Below are positions 46,560 through 56,088 of a DNA stretch of 62,357 nucleotides, one piece after another. The stretch is taken from positions 1 through 62,357 of the IMG/VR virus record IMGVR_UViG_3300017734_000004; one strand, 5' to 3'. The stretch's first letter is position 1; every line of letters begins with the position of its first letter. A program made the position numbers and the translations under genes. The DNA is from a virus (lineage: Duplodnaviria > Caudoviricetes). The notes beneath the pieces are model-generated. The model was not told the origin of the DNA. It made no database searches and was given only the letters and a program-made list of their open reading frames with translations.

Positions 46560-48700
46560 GAGCGCTGCTGATTTTCTTGATGCCTTTGTTTGCCACTGCT
46601 CAGACAGGGTGGGTTGCTGTTACGATTCAAGCCGATCAGTACGGAAACGAAACCTCTTGGTATATCAAAGACTCAACCAACACTCTTGTTGCTGGGTCTC
46701 CTAGCTTAATATACAACTTTGCCTATGTGGAGGCCTTTCTGCCTCTGCCTCTGGGTGATTACACGTTTACCATCAATGACTTTTTTGGAGATGGTATCTG
46801 TTGCACCTACGGTGAAGGTTGGTTCTCACTGAATACATGTGAGCTAGACACCGCTGTCTACGACTTTGACAGTGAACAGATGGTCATTCCGTTTGAGGTG
46901 CTGGCCTGCCCCCCGCCAATCTTTGGTTGCATGCAGCAGGGTGCCTTGAACTACCACCCCTGGGCTACGGCACCATCTCCGTGCAACTTCCCTGCCGCGC
47001 AGTGTGACCCAGGAAACAACAACATTCTTGTCACAGTCACCCCCGACACTTACCCTGCTGAAATTAGCTGGGAGCTGATGACGCTACCCGACAGTACGAT
47101 TGCTGCTTCTAGGGATGACTACTCGATCACAGGTTTGGAGGAGCTGGACGCGGTATGCCTCCCTGTAAACTCTGACTTTGTGGTCAACGTATACGACTCC
47201 TTTGGGGACGGCATGTGTGGCAGTTGTTACGGTGGTGTAGACGGGAGCCTGTCAGTTACCACCCTGTGTGGAGACACTCTGTACTATGTCGGGGACCAGA
47301 CCCAATACCAGGTGGCATCAAGTGATATCATCACAATTGAACCATGCTTCCCTCCCATCCCACAGGGATGTACAGACCCTTGGTTCACGGAGTACGATCC
47401 CAACGCTGTCATTGATAATGGAAGCTGCCAGACAGAGGTCATCCTCGGATGCACTGACCCTGAGGCCATCAACTTCAACGAAGATGCCAACACACTGGAG
47501 ACAGCAGATAACTGTGACTTTACTCTGACACTTACAGACGGAGCAGGTGACGGATGGTTTGGTAGCTGGATCGGAGTGCAGCAGGGCGACGAGCTCTTTG
47601 GTCCATTCACTATGCATCCTAACGACGGATTCGAAAAGGAGATTCAGATACCACTGTACTCTGCGGAAGAGATCAAGGTCATGTTCTTTACTGAAGGTAA
47701 CGCTGAGACCACGGCCAGCCAGTGTGGATTCTACTTTGACGGACCTAACGGAGTGTTCATGGAGGGCGGAACCAACCCATGGTCTGACGCTATCAAGAGG
47801 TTTCCGTTTAAGTACAAGGGTACGCCTGTGTGCGGAGACTTCTGTGAGGCCGCCATCGTAGGATGCACAATAGACTTTGCCTGCAACTTTGACTCACTGG
47901 CAAACGTCCCAGGCAACTGCACGTTCCCTATCGAATACTATGGATGTGACAACGATTGCATTAACGACACCGATGGGGATGGGGTGTGTGACGAACTTGA
48001 GGTGACTGGATGTCAAGACCCATCTGCTTACAACTACGATGCGACGGCTACTGATGCTGGTGAGTGCGAGCCTGTGGTATTCGGATGCACAGACCCTACT
48101 ATGTTCAACTACAATGAGTCTGCCAACACCGAGAACAACAACTGTATCCCATACATCTACGGATGCATGGACATGGCGGCATTGAACTACGACGAGGATG
48201 CAAACACAGAACTGGAGGGCTCCTGCATTTCAGTTGTTGAGGGATGTATGGATCTCAATGCATACAACTTCAACGAAGACGCCAATGTTCCTGCCAACGA
48301 GGAATGCAACTATGATGCAGGTTGTATCACTGGACCAGGGAATCCCTACTGGTTAAACAATGGTTGTTACGCATGGATTATTGAGGTAGACCCGTACTGC
48401 TGTGAGGTGGCATGGGATGCCACTTGCGTTGACCTGTATGAGTACTGTGAACAGGGGTGGCCTCAGAATATCACAGAGACAACGCGCAACATCTCAGTGT
48501 ACCCCAACCCCACGAGTTCCTTGCTGAACATCAACGCGCCCACTGGTTCAACAACATCAGTGCATGATGCCTTAGGTAGGCTTGTGATCTCGGCTACCAA
48601 CGAGACAGTCATTGACCTAAGCGCACTACCCCAAGGACTCTACAACGTGAGAATAGAATACGAACAAATCATTGTAAATAAAAAAATTACAAAGTCATGA
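46556..48700 (+). CDS. Secreted Cys-rich protein with a T9SS type A C-terminal sorting domain
   Basis: Signal peptide ...ATA-Q; D.Y..E.SW / D.FGDG modules; GC.D..A.NY repeats; VYPNP...IDLS.LP.GLY......KKITK. Confidence 0.88.
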   Translation: MRALLIFLMPLFATAQTGWVAVTIQADQYGNETSWYIKDSTNTLVAGSPSLIYNFAYVEAFLPLPLGDYTFTINDFFGDGICCTYGEGWFSLNTCELDTAVYDFDSEQMVIPFEVLACPPPIFGCMQQGALNYHPWATAPSPCNFPAAQCDPGNNNILVTVTPDTYPAEISWELMTLPDSTIAASRDDYSITGLEELDAVCLPVNSDFVVNVYDSFGDGMCGSCYGGVDGSLSVTTLCGDTLYYVGDQTQYQVASSDIITIEPCFPPIPQGCTDPWFTEYDPNAVIDNGSCQTEVILGCTDPEAINFNEDANTLETADNCDFTLTLTDGAGDGWFGSWIGVQQGDELFGPFTMHPNDGFEKEIQIPLYSAEEIKVMFFTEGNAETTASQCGFYFDGPNGVFMEGGTNPWSDAIKRFPFKYKGTPVCGDFCEAAIVGCTIDFACNFDSLANVPGNCTFPIEYYGCDNDCINDTDGDGVCDELEVTGCQDPSAYNYDATATDAGECEPVVFGCTDPTMFNYNESANTENNNCIPYIYGCMDMAALNYDEDANTELEGSCISVVEGCMDLNAYNFNEDANVPANEECNYDAGCITGPGNPYWLNNGCYAWIIEVDPYCCEVAWDATCVDLYEYCEQGWPQNITETTRNISVYPNPTSSLLNINAPTGSTTSVHDALGRLVISATNETVIDLSALPQGLYNVRIEYEQIIVNKKITKS

Positions 48701-48882
48701 ATATCAATTGGATCAACAGCTGGAGAGCTATAAACAAGAAGAAGAAGTATGAATTGAACTGGCGCATCGGCAAAGTCACGGTGCTGCAATTCGAGTACTG
48801 CCCATGCATCATGTGTGACAACAAGAAGACAAGCTGCTCAAGGTTTAGATTCATGATTGTCAACTTTGGCTTTGAGATTTAA
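48697..48882 (+). CDS. Small hypothetical protein
   Basis: NWINSW...RFMIVNFGFEI. Confidence 0.6.
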   Translation: MNINWINSWRAINKKKKYELNWRIGKVTVLQFEYCPCIMCDNKKTSCSRFRFMIVNFGFEI

Positions 48883-48892
48883 TCGTAGATAG

Positions 48893-49930
48893 ATGAGACT
48901 GTTTGTAACTACACTGCTGTGTCTTTTGTGCTTTGATGTACACTCACAGACACTTAAGAAGACATTTAAGTTCGCTACGTTTTACACCGCATTCAGTGGT
49001 GGTAACTCTGTCGCTGACAAAAGCTTGTACTCAGTTACAAATGGACTAGAGACGGACATTGTAGAGACACCATTTGATTACTCGTTTACCGCTGGTGTTC
49101 GCAAGATCGCCAGGTTCGGATATGAGAACAGGGCCAACGTATTCTACGACGGCACAGAGAAGTCATACAGCGATGCCGCCAACATCGGCAAGGTCAAAGG
49201 CTTCGAGTTCTTGTTTGAGGCTGACTGGCGCAGGCAGCAGGGCCGCAACTTCTTGGATCAGGATTACTTCCTTCGATACGTCGCGAAGAAGTGGATAGCC
49301 AAGGCAGAATATTTGCAGGATGGCTTTGCTGATGTCGAATACTTCGAAGGGTCAGAGAGATATCGTTTCAATGTCAACAACAAGCTGAGCTTGAACATCG
49401 GAGTTGCCCAAAGGATTTCAGAACCATATGGATATGATCCACTGGAAGAGTGGCTACTTGAGAACAATGACATCCACTACACTAGCCTTGCACTGCAGGA
49501 GGGATACACTTTTGATCCGCAGCTCAGCGAATACTTCGACCCAAGCGGTGAGTTGGTTGCCACCAGCGCAGACGTCTGGTCGCAGATCATTGTGCCCGAT
49601 GTAATCAACGACTACGTAGATCGCAAGCGCAGCGAGTTGCCCAACCAATGGAACTATTCTTTGGTATTAGGGTATGACTATTATCAATACTCAAAAGAGT
49701 TTTGGATGCACAGCTGGGCCAGCGTGATGCCCTATCATCTCAACACTGGCGGGGAGTATTCCTACTTTGAGACCACCAATGGGGACCAATGGACAGATTA
49801 CGGATTGGGCCTTATCTTTGGTTGGAGATTAAACAAAAGTTTAGGTGTATTCCTTGAGGGAAAATATAACAGATACTGGAACAGAGAGTGGCATGACTTC
49901 TCTGTTGGACTTAACTATGTGATACTATAA
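48893..49930 (+). CDS. Putative outer-membrane beta-barrel protein
   Basis: Signal peptide ...VHS-Q; aromatic alternating strands (GLIFGWRL, LGVFLEGKY, SVGLNY). Confidence 0.65.
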   Translation: MRLFVTTLLCLLCFDVHSQTLKKTFKFATFYTAFSGGNSVADKSLYSVTNGLETDIVETPFDYSFTAGVRKIARFGYENRANVFYDGTEKSYSDAANIGKVKGFEFLFEADWRRQQGRNFLDQDYFLRYVAKKWIAKAEYLQDGFADVEYFEGSERYRFNVNNKLSLNIGVAQRISEPYGYDPLEEWLLENNDIHYTSLALQEGYTFDPQLSEYFDPSGELVATSADVWSQIIVPDVINDYVDRKRSELPNQWNYSLVLGYDYYQYSKEFWMHSWASVMPYHLNTGGEYSYFETTNGDQWTDYGLGLIFGWRLNKSLGVFLEGKYNRYWNREWHDFSVGLNYVIL

Positions 49931-50214
49931 TGGCTCAACAGATAGGCGAGGATACCAAGGTAACAATAGACCTAAAGACAATTGGGATGGCCGCTGCTGG
50001 CATTGGAACGATTGTCGCAATGTGGTTCACGCTTCAGTCAGATATTGCTGAGGCCAAAGAGCTACCCTTGCCTGAAGCCCCAGAGATCACACGCATGGAG
50101 TTTGACATGAAGGACCAGCTGGTTCGTCAAACCATCATGACCACACAAGAAGACGTACAAGAACTCAAGGAAGACTTGGACCGTATAGAAGAAAAAATCG
50201 ACAAACTCAAGTAA
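49930..50214 (+). CDS. Single-TM coiled-coil protein
   Basis: TM IGMAAAGIGTIVAMWFTL; heptad C-terminus. Confidence 0.7.
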   Translation: MAQQIGEDTKVTIDLKTIGMAAAGIGTIVAMWFTLQSDIAEAKELPLPEAPEITRMEFDMKDQLVRQTIMTTQEDVQELKEDLDRIEEKIDKLK

Positions 50215-50215
50215 T

Positions 50216-50443
50216 ATGCCCAAACACTACAAAGTAAAGAAAGCCATGGCTGGTACAAAGACCAAGCTGGCTGATGAAAAGCAAATGCTCATGGCTAAGA
50301 AGATGCCAGGCGGAGGTCACGCAAAAAAAGCACCCATGTACATGATGGGAGGCAAGGTCTTCGAAGGAGCCATGGGGCTGATGACAGCTCTTGCCAAGAA
50401 GAATCCAAAGGACTTTAAGAAAGTCGCCGAAGGGATTAACTAA
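50216..50443 (+). CDS. Small basic Met-rich protein with xxGG motifs
   Basis: KAMAG, KMPGGG, YMMGG. Confidence 0.65.
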   Translation: MPKHYKVKKAMAGTKTKLADEKQMLMAKKMPGGGHAKKAPMYMMGGKVFEGAMGLMTALAKKNPKDFKKVAEGIN

Positions 50444-50781
50444 TGCGTTGGCTCTTCGCTATCTGTTGCATGGCTGTGCTGTGCCTTGGCGCTGGTATTC
50501 CAGAGTCAGGCGTATGCGTTGTGGAATTCAACGCAGCATTCAATGCATCCAACAGTGTAGAGTGGATTGAAGGCCTTAGTGATTGCAGGGGTAAGCGAGT
50601 CGATATCATGGCTGAGCCTGATATGCAGAAGGAGCACAAGATTGTTGTCGTGCCTACAATTATTATCTTTAACGAAGGCGAAGAGGTCAAACGATTCCAG
50701 GGTAACATCATGATGCAGCTTGAAGCTAGTGAGAGTGATGTTCAGGAAGCTGTCGATGAAGTTATTATGAGCGCGTTCTAA
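50443..50781 (+). CDS. Exported thioredoxin-fold protein lacking CxxC
   Basis: Signal-like N-terminus; VVEFNAAFN, IVVVPTIIIFNEGEEVKRFQG. Confidence 0.75.
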   Translation: MRWLFAICCMAVLCLGAGIPESGVCVVEFNAAFNASNSVEWIEGLSDCRGKRVDIMAEPDMQKEHKIVVVPTIIIFNEGEEVKRFQGNIMMQLEASESDVQEAVDEVIMSAF

Positions 50782-51122
50782 TGGGTTGTGGTTGCTCGAC
50801 ATATACTGTTCTGAAGAAGGGAGGCAAGGCTCGCAAGGGCCGCATGCCCAAGAAGTTCTCCGTCAAGAGCGGAGACAAGGACAAGTCTGGAGGATTGACA
50901 GCCAAGGGTGTTCGCCGCTATCGTGCCGCGAACCCTGGTAGCAAGCTCAAGACTGCGGTGACAACCAAGCCGTCGAAGCTCAAGAAAGGTAGCAAGGCTG
51001 CCAAAAGAAGAAAGTCTTTCTGCTCTCGCATGAAGGGCATGAAGAAGAGATTAACTAGCGCTAAGACTGCTAGAGATCCAAACTCTAGAATCAACAAGGC
51101 GCTCCGTAAATGGAACTGCTGA
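50781..51122 (+). CDS. DUF6321-like basic protein
   Basis: GGLTAKG...NPGSKLK.AVT...RRKSFC.RM...RKWNC. Confidence 0.75.
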   Translation: MGCGCSTYTVLKKGGKARKGRMPKKFSVKSGDKDKSGGLTAKGVRRYRAANPGSKLKTAVTTKPSKLKKGSKAAKRRKSFCSRMKGMKKRLTSAKTARDPNSRINKALRKWNC

Positions 51123-51123
51123 G

Positions 51124-53847
51124 ATGAGAACTAGAAAGAAGCCAAGCAAGAGATCGCTCGTCAAGAAGCTCCAGAACGGAGGCACTGGCGATCCCAAGAA
51201 GCCAGTAACCACACAGTCGGCTGCTGGTTTTCCGCTGTTCAAAGAAGACGGTCAGCTCACGGCTACACCCACGACACCATTTTACACAAGGACTGATCAG
51301 CGTGGTTACTACCCAGGCATTCCCATTGGTCTGCCTGAGGCCGAGGTAGTGGCAGATTCTGGTGATGCACTCGGGTCTGTGGACAGGGTCGTAGAGGAGC
51401 TGGGTGGCGGCATCTTCGGAGACTACGCTGCCCTGCCTTCAGAGGAGAGGGAGAAGTTTGAGGGTGGCGTAAGGGACGCCATCAATGAGGGCTCTAAGAT
51501 CGCAGCCATTGCTACATCTCCACTACTAGCTGTTGGTGCAGCGCCCATGCTTGCTTCGGGTCTGCAGGGGTATAGCGCCCTGTCCCAGGTGCCCCTTCTC
51601 ACTGTTGAAGGGCAGACTGCCGTTACAGTTGGGGGTGGTCTTGATGCCTTAGGTGTGGGGCTCTCTGCAAAGTTCTTGCCTCAACATATTCAAGATTTTA
51701 AAGATGACCCGTCGCTTGGCAATGCCGCGTACATAGGTTTGGATCTCTTGGGTTTTTTGCCAGCAGGAAACGCCGCACTGCAATCATACAGGCAGAGCTT
51801 GAGGGCTGGCGCATCATCTACACGCACGCCAATCACCTTGGCATCGGGAGAAAACAGATTGACACAGGCGGCACTTGAAGGATCAAAGGTTCAGCAGGCT
51901 TCGCTCTCCATGAACAATGTCATTAAGAATGAGGTAGCCAAGATCGATAAGTTAGATATCAGTCCTGCCGAAAAACAAAAAGCGATTGATGAGACGCTGA
52001 GTTTTTACGACAACTACCTATCAAGTCCAGCTGCTCTTGAAAAAATCGTTGAGCAGAAGGAGTTCCTAGAGGCGGTGCGTAAGGCTAGAACGGGAGATAT
52101 CTCTGCACTTCTTGGTGACATAGAAGTACCAATGGCCCCGTTCGAAAGCACTGGAGAATCATCTGTGGCGGCAATGAGGTTTATGAATAATCCACCATTC
52201 TTTTCGAAGTTTGGCAGAGAGGCTCAGTTGCTTGACCCCGACATGAATCTAGTTAGAAATATGCAGGTCGTTGAGGGGGCTGATGGAGCACTTGAGGCTC
52301 GTGTTGATTTCTTCAGCAACACCGTTTCTGGCCGAAGGCTTTCTGCCCAGGCGCTGCTAGACAATTTTAAATCTGGATCTCAGTCAGCAAAAAACGTCAT
52401 CCTCCGCACGATGGATGACATGAAGCGGGTTGTGGGTGGTGAGGCGCGTGGTGCTGCCATGCCAATATCTAACATCACAGGTCAAACAGAGATGGTAGGA
52501 GGCGTGCCTCTCACCGCTGGTGACTTTGGATATGATTTATCTGCACAACAAATACAGATGCTTCAGACCCTGTCCCCAGATGAATTCCTTTCTACTCTGG
52601 TTCATGAGACAAATCACAACATACTGATTCCATTTTTGGATCAACTTGCAGACGCTCAAATTATTGAGATGCACACCATTGTTTCTACCGCAAGCACACC
52701 CACCATGGTTGGGGGTAGGCAGGTGGCGGCAACAACTACGGCCACTGGGTTTAGATCCGCAGACCAGATCAATGATAACGTGACGAACTTCTTGACGAAG
52801 TATAGCAATGACCCAAGACTTAGAGAGGCTGGCATTAACGACAATGGTATCGTCGCATACCTGGAGGACATCGCAAAGCCCTCAGAAGTACAGGCCAGGC
52901 TCTTTGAAATCAAGAAACAGTTTGCGAATATCGCATCGAAACAGGGCCAAAAGTTTGAGGATTGGATGTACAACTTCACGCCCGAAACTGCCCGCCAAGG
53001 ATTCGAGGCATGGAAGGGAACTAAGGCTCAGTCCGCAGTGGGGCTGGGTGATGTTGAAGCTGACATGTTCCTTGACTTGATGGTGGGTAACAACACGCAG
53101 CAGAAGCTGCAGTCACTCACATCTGTGCTGAACAAGACGTTCACCAACACCGCACTTATCGGAGGCACCGCTGCTGTCGCAACGCAAGCGGACATTACAG
53201 GAACCCCCACGCAAGGACCAGGTCTCAAGCGCGGGGGATACGTATCTAAGAAGAAGAAGCGCAAAGGCTTCCGTTCAAAGCGATATGGAAGGATTGCACA
53301 GCAAGGGGCTGTGATTGCCAACGGAGACCCTAAAAAAGAAAGCACGGGTTACGCTAGACTCGATGCTCGATTGGCTAGGATGGATCAAGAGATTCCTTCT
53401 GACACCACTACCTACACCACATCTCAGGCGGACAGGTTGGAGAGGCAGATCATGGCAGAAAGCTCGGGTGACCCAAATGCAGTCTCTCCTGCTGGAGCTA
53501 GGGGCTTGCTTCAGATCATGCCAGGCACACAAACAGACCTAGAAGACAGAGGGTTCATCCCCAAAGGACTCGACCCCTTCAACCCAGAGCACAGCCGTCA
53601 GATGCGTGATGCCAAGATCAACGCTTTGTCTAAGCTGAGCTGGATAAAAGAGCCACCAAAAAAGATCCCCGAAGTAAATAGACTCGCACGCATATACGCC
53701 TCTTACAATGCAGGTGAAGGTAGAATCAAGAATGCTTTAGAGAAGGCAAAGGCTGAAGGCGTGGACATTTACGGTGATCCAAGAGTGTGGTTTGACTACA
53801 TCCCTCAAGAGACAAGAAGGTATCTTAACAAGATACTCTTCAACTAA
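51124..53847 (+). CDS. Multidomain virion protein: zincin-like HExxH domain plus C-terminal lytic transglycosylase
   Basis: LVHETNH...EVQARL; AESSG.PNAVSPAGARGLLQIMP, ASYNAG, ETRRY. Confidence 0.8.
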   Translation: MRTRKKPSKRSLVKKLQNGGTGDPKKPVTTQSAAGFPLFKEDGQLTATPTTPFYTRTDQRGYYPGIPIGLPEAEVVADSGDALGSVDRVVEELGGGIFGDYAALPSEEREKFEGGVRDAINEGSKIAAIATSPLLAVGAAPMLASGLQGYSALSQVPLLTVEGQTAVTVGGGLDALGVGLSAKFLPQHIQDFKDDPSLGNAAYIGLDLLGFLPAGNAALQSYRQSLRAGASSTRTPITLASGENRLTQAALEGSKVQQASLSMNNVIKNEVAKIDKLDISPAEKQKAIDETLSFYDNYLSSPAALEKIVEQKEFLEAVRKARTGDISALLGDIEVPMAPFESTGESSVAAMRFMNNPPFFSKFGREAQLLDPDMNLVRNMQVVEGADGALEARVDFFSNTVSGRRLSAQALLDNFKSGSQSAKNVILRTMDDMKRVVGGEARGAAMPISNITGQTEMVGGVPLTAGDFGYDLSAQQIQMLQTLSPDEFLSTLVHETNHNILIPFLDQLADAQIIEMHTIVSTASTPTMVGGRQVAATTTATGFRSADQINDNVTNFLTKYSNDPRLREAGINDNGIVAYLEDIAKPSEVQARLFEIKKQFANIASKQGQKFEDWMYNFTPETARQGFEAWKGTKAQSAVGLGDVEADMFLDLMVGNNTQQKLQSLTSVLNKTFTNTALIGGTAAVATQADITGTPTQGPGLKRGGYVSKKKKRKGFRSKRYGRIAQQGAVIANGDPKKESTGYARLDARLARMDQEIPSDTTTYTTSQADRLERQIMAESSGDPNAVSPAGARGLLQIMPGTQTDLEDRGFIPKGLDPFNPEHSRQMRDAKINALSKLSWIKEPPKKIPEVNRLARIYASYNAGEGRIKNALEKAKAEGVDIYGDPRVWFDYIPQETRRYLNKILFN

Positions 53848-53850
53848 GCC

Positions 53851-54720
53851 TCAGTTCAGGTACTTGAGCAGCACTTCGTTGCGCTTCGTGTATCGCAGTC
53901 GGCGCATTGCCCCCTCACGAATCTGACGCACACGCTCTGCCGTCAAGTCGAACAGCTCACCCATCTCGGTATTGGACAATGCTTGTCTACCGTCAAGACC
54001 AAACGAGTGTGTGATGATCGCCTGCTCCCTGAATGACAGGATGCTCAGGCACGATTCGATGTCACCCATCAAGCTCTCTTTCTCAAGGCCTTCATCGGGG
54101 CTCTCGGTATCGGCGCTCTCAATCAGGTCGCCCATCGTCATTGAACCATTGTCATCTCTGTTGATAGGGTTGTCCAAGCTTGCAGTCCTGACTGCGCTTT
54201 TGATAACGAGGTCAACATCTTGCACACGCATGTCCAAGTAGTCGCCAATCTCTGCTGATGTCGGTGCTCTTTCGAACTCCTGCTCAAGCACAGCGTATGC
54301 GCTCCTGACTTTGAGCATGGCTGAGATCTTGTTCTGAGGCAAGCGTACCATTCTGCCCTTGTCTGACATGGATGCCAAGATGTTCTGCCTAATCCACCAC
54401 ACAGCATACGAGATGAACTTGAAGCCACGTGTCTCATCGAATCGTTGAGCTGCTTTGATCAGCCCGACGTTGCCCTCACTGATGAGGTCTGATAGCGTGA
54501 GCCCCTGGTTTTGGTATTGCTTGGCTACCGACACAACGAATCTGAGGTTAGCCTTTGTGAGCTCATGCATGGCAGCTTCGTCGCCCCCTCTGATGAGCTG
54601 TGCCAGTTCGATCTCTCTTTGTGGTGAGATCATAGGCTCCTTGGCGATGTCGTACAGGTATTTATCGAGGGCACCTTGATCCCTGTTTGTGATTTGCTTT
54701 GTGATTTTAAGCTGTCTCAT
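53851..54720 (-). CDS. rpoD: RNA polymerase sigma-70 factor, Bacteroidota primary-sigma-like
   Basis: MRQLKITK..TNR...LDKYL, NLRFVVSVAKQYQNQG, RFDETRGFKFISYAVWWIRQ, ERVRQI. Confidence 0.92.
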   Translation of the reverse strand: MRQLKITKQITNRDQGALDKYLYDIAKEPMISPQREIELAQLIRGGDEAAMHELTKANLRFVVSVAKQYQNQGLTLSDLISEGNVGLIKAAQRFDETRGFKFISYAVWWIRQNILASMSDKGRMVRLPQNKISAMLKVRSAYAVLEQEFERAPTSAEIGDYLDMRVQDVDLVIKSAVRTASLDNPINRDDNGSMTMGDLIESADTESPDEGLEKESLMGDIESCLSILSFREQAIITHSFGLDGRQALSNTEMGELFDLTAERVRQIREGAMRRLRYTKRNEVLLKYLN

Positions 54721-55105
54721 GCTGTGCTTGTTGGTTTTGTGTGTTTATTAATTCTTGTCTTGCGGCAACTAACTTGTCTATCCTCTTGTCCAGGGTGTCT
54801 ATCTTCAGTTGCAACAGGTGATCCTGCAGGTTTTGTTCTATCTCATCGCTAACTATCTCGTAGATCTCACGATACCCCTTCCAGTATTTTAGATTCTGTA
54901 CATGCTTGGTTGTGTAATGACTGACACTTGACCTGTCCCTGTTGAGGGCTGTGCCAATCTCATACGTGTTACAGTAAGACGAGAGTGCTACGCCAATGGC
55001 TGCCCGAATCTGTATATGAAGTTTGGTTCGTGAGTTGCTGGGCCGAACACCTAGGGCAGCATAAGCCTGGCGAACGGCAACTTCTATTGCTTCCGATCGT
55101 TTCAT
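54707..55105 (-). CDS. DnaA-C-terminal-like HTH protein
   Basis: EIG..LNRDRSSV.H. Confidence 0.6.
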   Translation of the reverse strand: MKRSEAIEVAVRQAYAALGVRPSNSRTKLHIQIRAAIGVALSSYCNTYEIGTALNRDRSSVSHYTTKHVQNLKYWKGYREIYEIVSDEIEQNLQDHLLQLKIDTLDKRIDKLVAARQELINTQNQQAQHETA

Positions 55106-55620
55106 TAGATTGTTATTTTATTGTTTGTCAAAGGGTGAACGTAAGACGAGCTGTATTTAATTACCTCGTAACTCTTGAGGCCTTGAAGGTCACTCAGCAC
55201 GAGCATGCTTATCTTGTCTTTTCTGTTCCGTCTTTGATATATTTTCCTGTAGGCATGGCGCTTAGACACAACGCTTTTTGTGAAGTCAATGTTGCATAGG
55301 CACCAGTCTAAAAGTTCTTCTCTTTCAATACGGACGAAGCCCCCCACCTCACATACCTCGAAGGCGATCCACTTGGCTTCACCCATCATCCATCCGAACT
55401 GTCCATGTACGTTGCGGAACTCCACCCATATCTCATCAGGCAGATTGTTTCCTTTGACATCGACCCCGTCGTTGCCATGCCAGAAGTCTACGTGAAGCTC
55501 TATATCTTCATCACGACTCGACTTCCTTATATCTTTGAATACTCTAGCGTACCTACTGGCACTTACTCCTCCGTCCCTCCACGATTGCTTTCTTCTTTCA
55601 TTACTGGGTCCGCTTTGCAT
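55105..55620 (-). CDS. PD-(D/E)XK-type nuclease
   Basis: HVDFW...VDVKG...IWVEF.NV.G..GW. Confidence 0.65.
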   Translation of the reverse strand: MQSGPSNERRKQSWRDGGVSASRYARVFKDIRKSSRDEDIELHVDFWHGNDGVDVKGNNLPDEIWVEFRNVHGQFGWMMGEAKWIAFEVCEVGGFVRIEREELLDWCLCNIDFTKSVVSKRHAYRKIYQRRNRKDKISMLVLSDLQGLKSYEVIKYSSSYVHPLTNNKITI

Positions 55621-56068
55621 TCTGTTTAATTGATTTCTTTATCTCCTCTATGGCTTGGTCTACTTGAAGTTTGTTCTTGGCTAGATACACCTCGCAATCC
55701 ATGTTGCGATCCATGATGTACTTCAGGAACAACTTCCAACGCATAGGGAAATCGTGATGAGATGGTATGAATCCTTTTGTTTCTATGACCCAAGTGAAGT
55801 CCTTACAAACAAAGTCGGGTGTGTACCGTATGGGCTGTTGGATAGAGTTGCTCCTGTCCGACATGTCCTTACGACGTGCAGTCATCTTGAAATACTTCTT
55901 ATCAAACCTAAAGGACTCCACTAGCGTGAGCTGTGTCTCCTCGTAGGAAAAAGGTATGCCGTGTTCACGAAGCTGACAGGCACAGTACTTCTCAATTCCT
56001 GATTTGTACTTTCCGAGTTGTTTTTTTTTGGATTTGGAGGTAAGCTTCCTCCTCTTCTTCCTCATCAT
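55601..56068 (-). CDS. T7 endonuclease I-like Holliday junction resolvase
   Basis: YKSGIE, YEE, YTPDF, IETKG. Confidence 0.8.
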   Translation of the reverse strand: MMRKKRRKLTSKSKKKQLGKYKSGIEKYCACQLREHGIPFSYEETQLTLVESFRFDKKYFKMTARRKDMSDRSNSIQQPIRYTPDFVCKDFTWVIETKGFIPSHHDFPMRWKLFLKYIMDRNMDCEVYLAKNKLQVDQAIEEIKKSIKQNAKRTQ

Positions 56069-56088
56069 ATATCGAAGTTAACCCCGTT

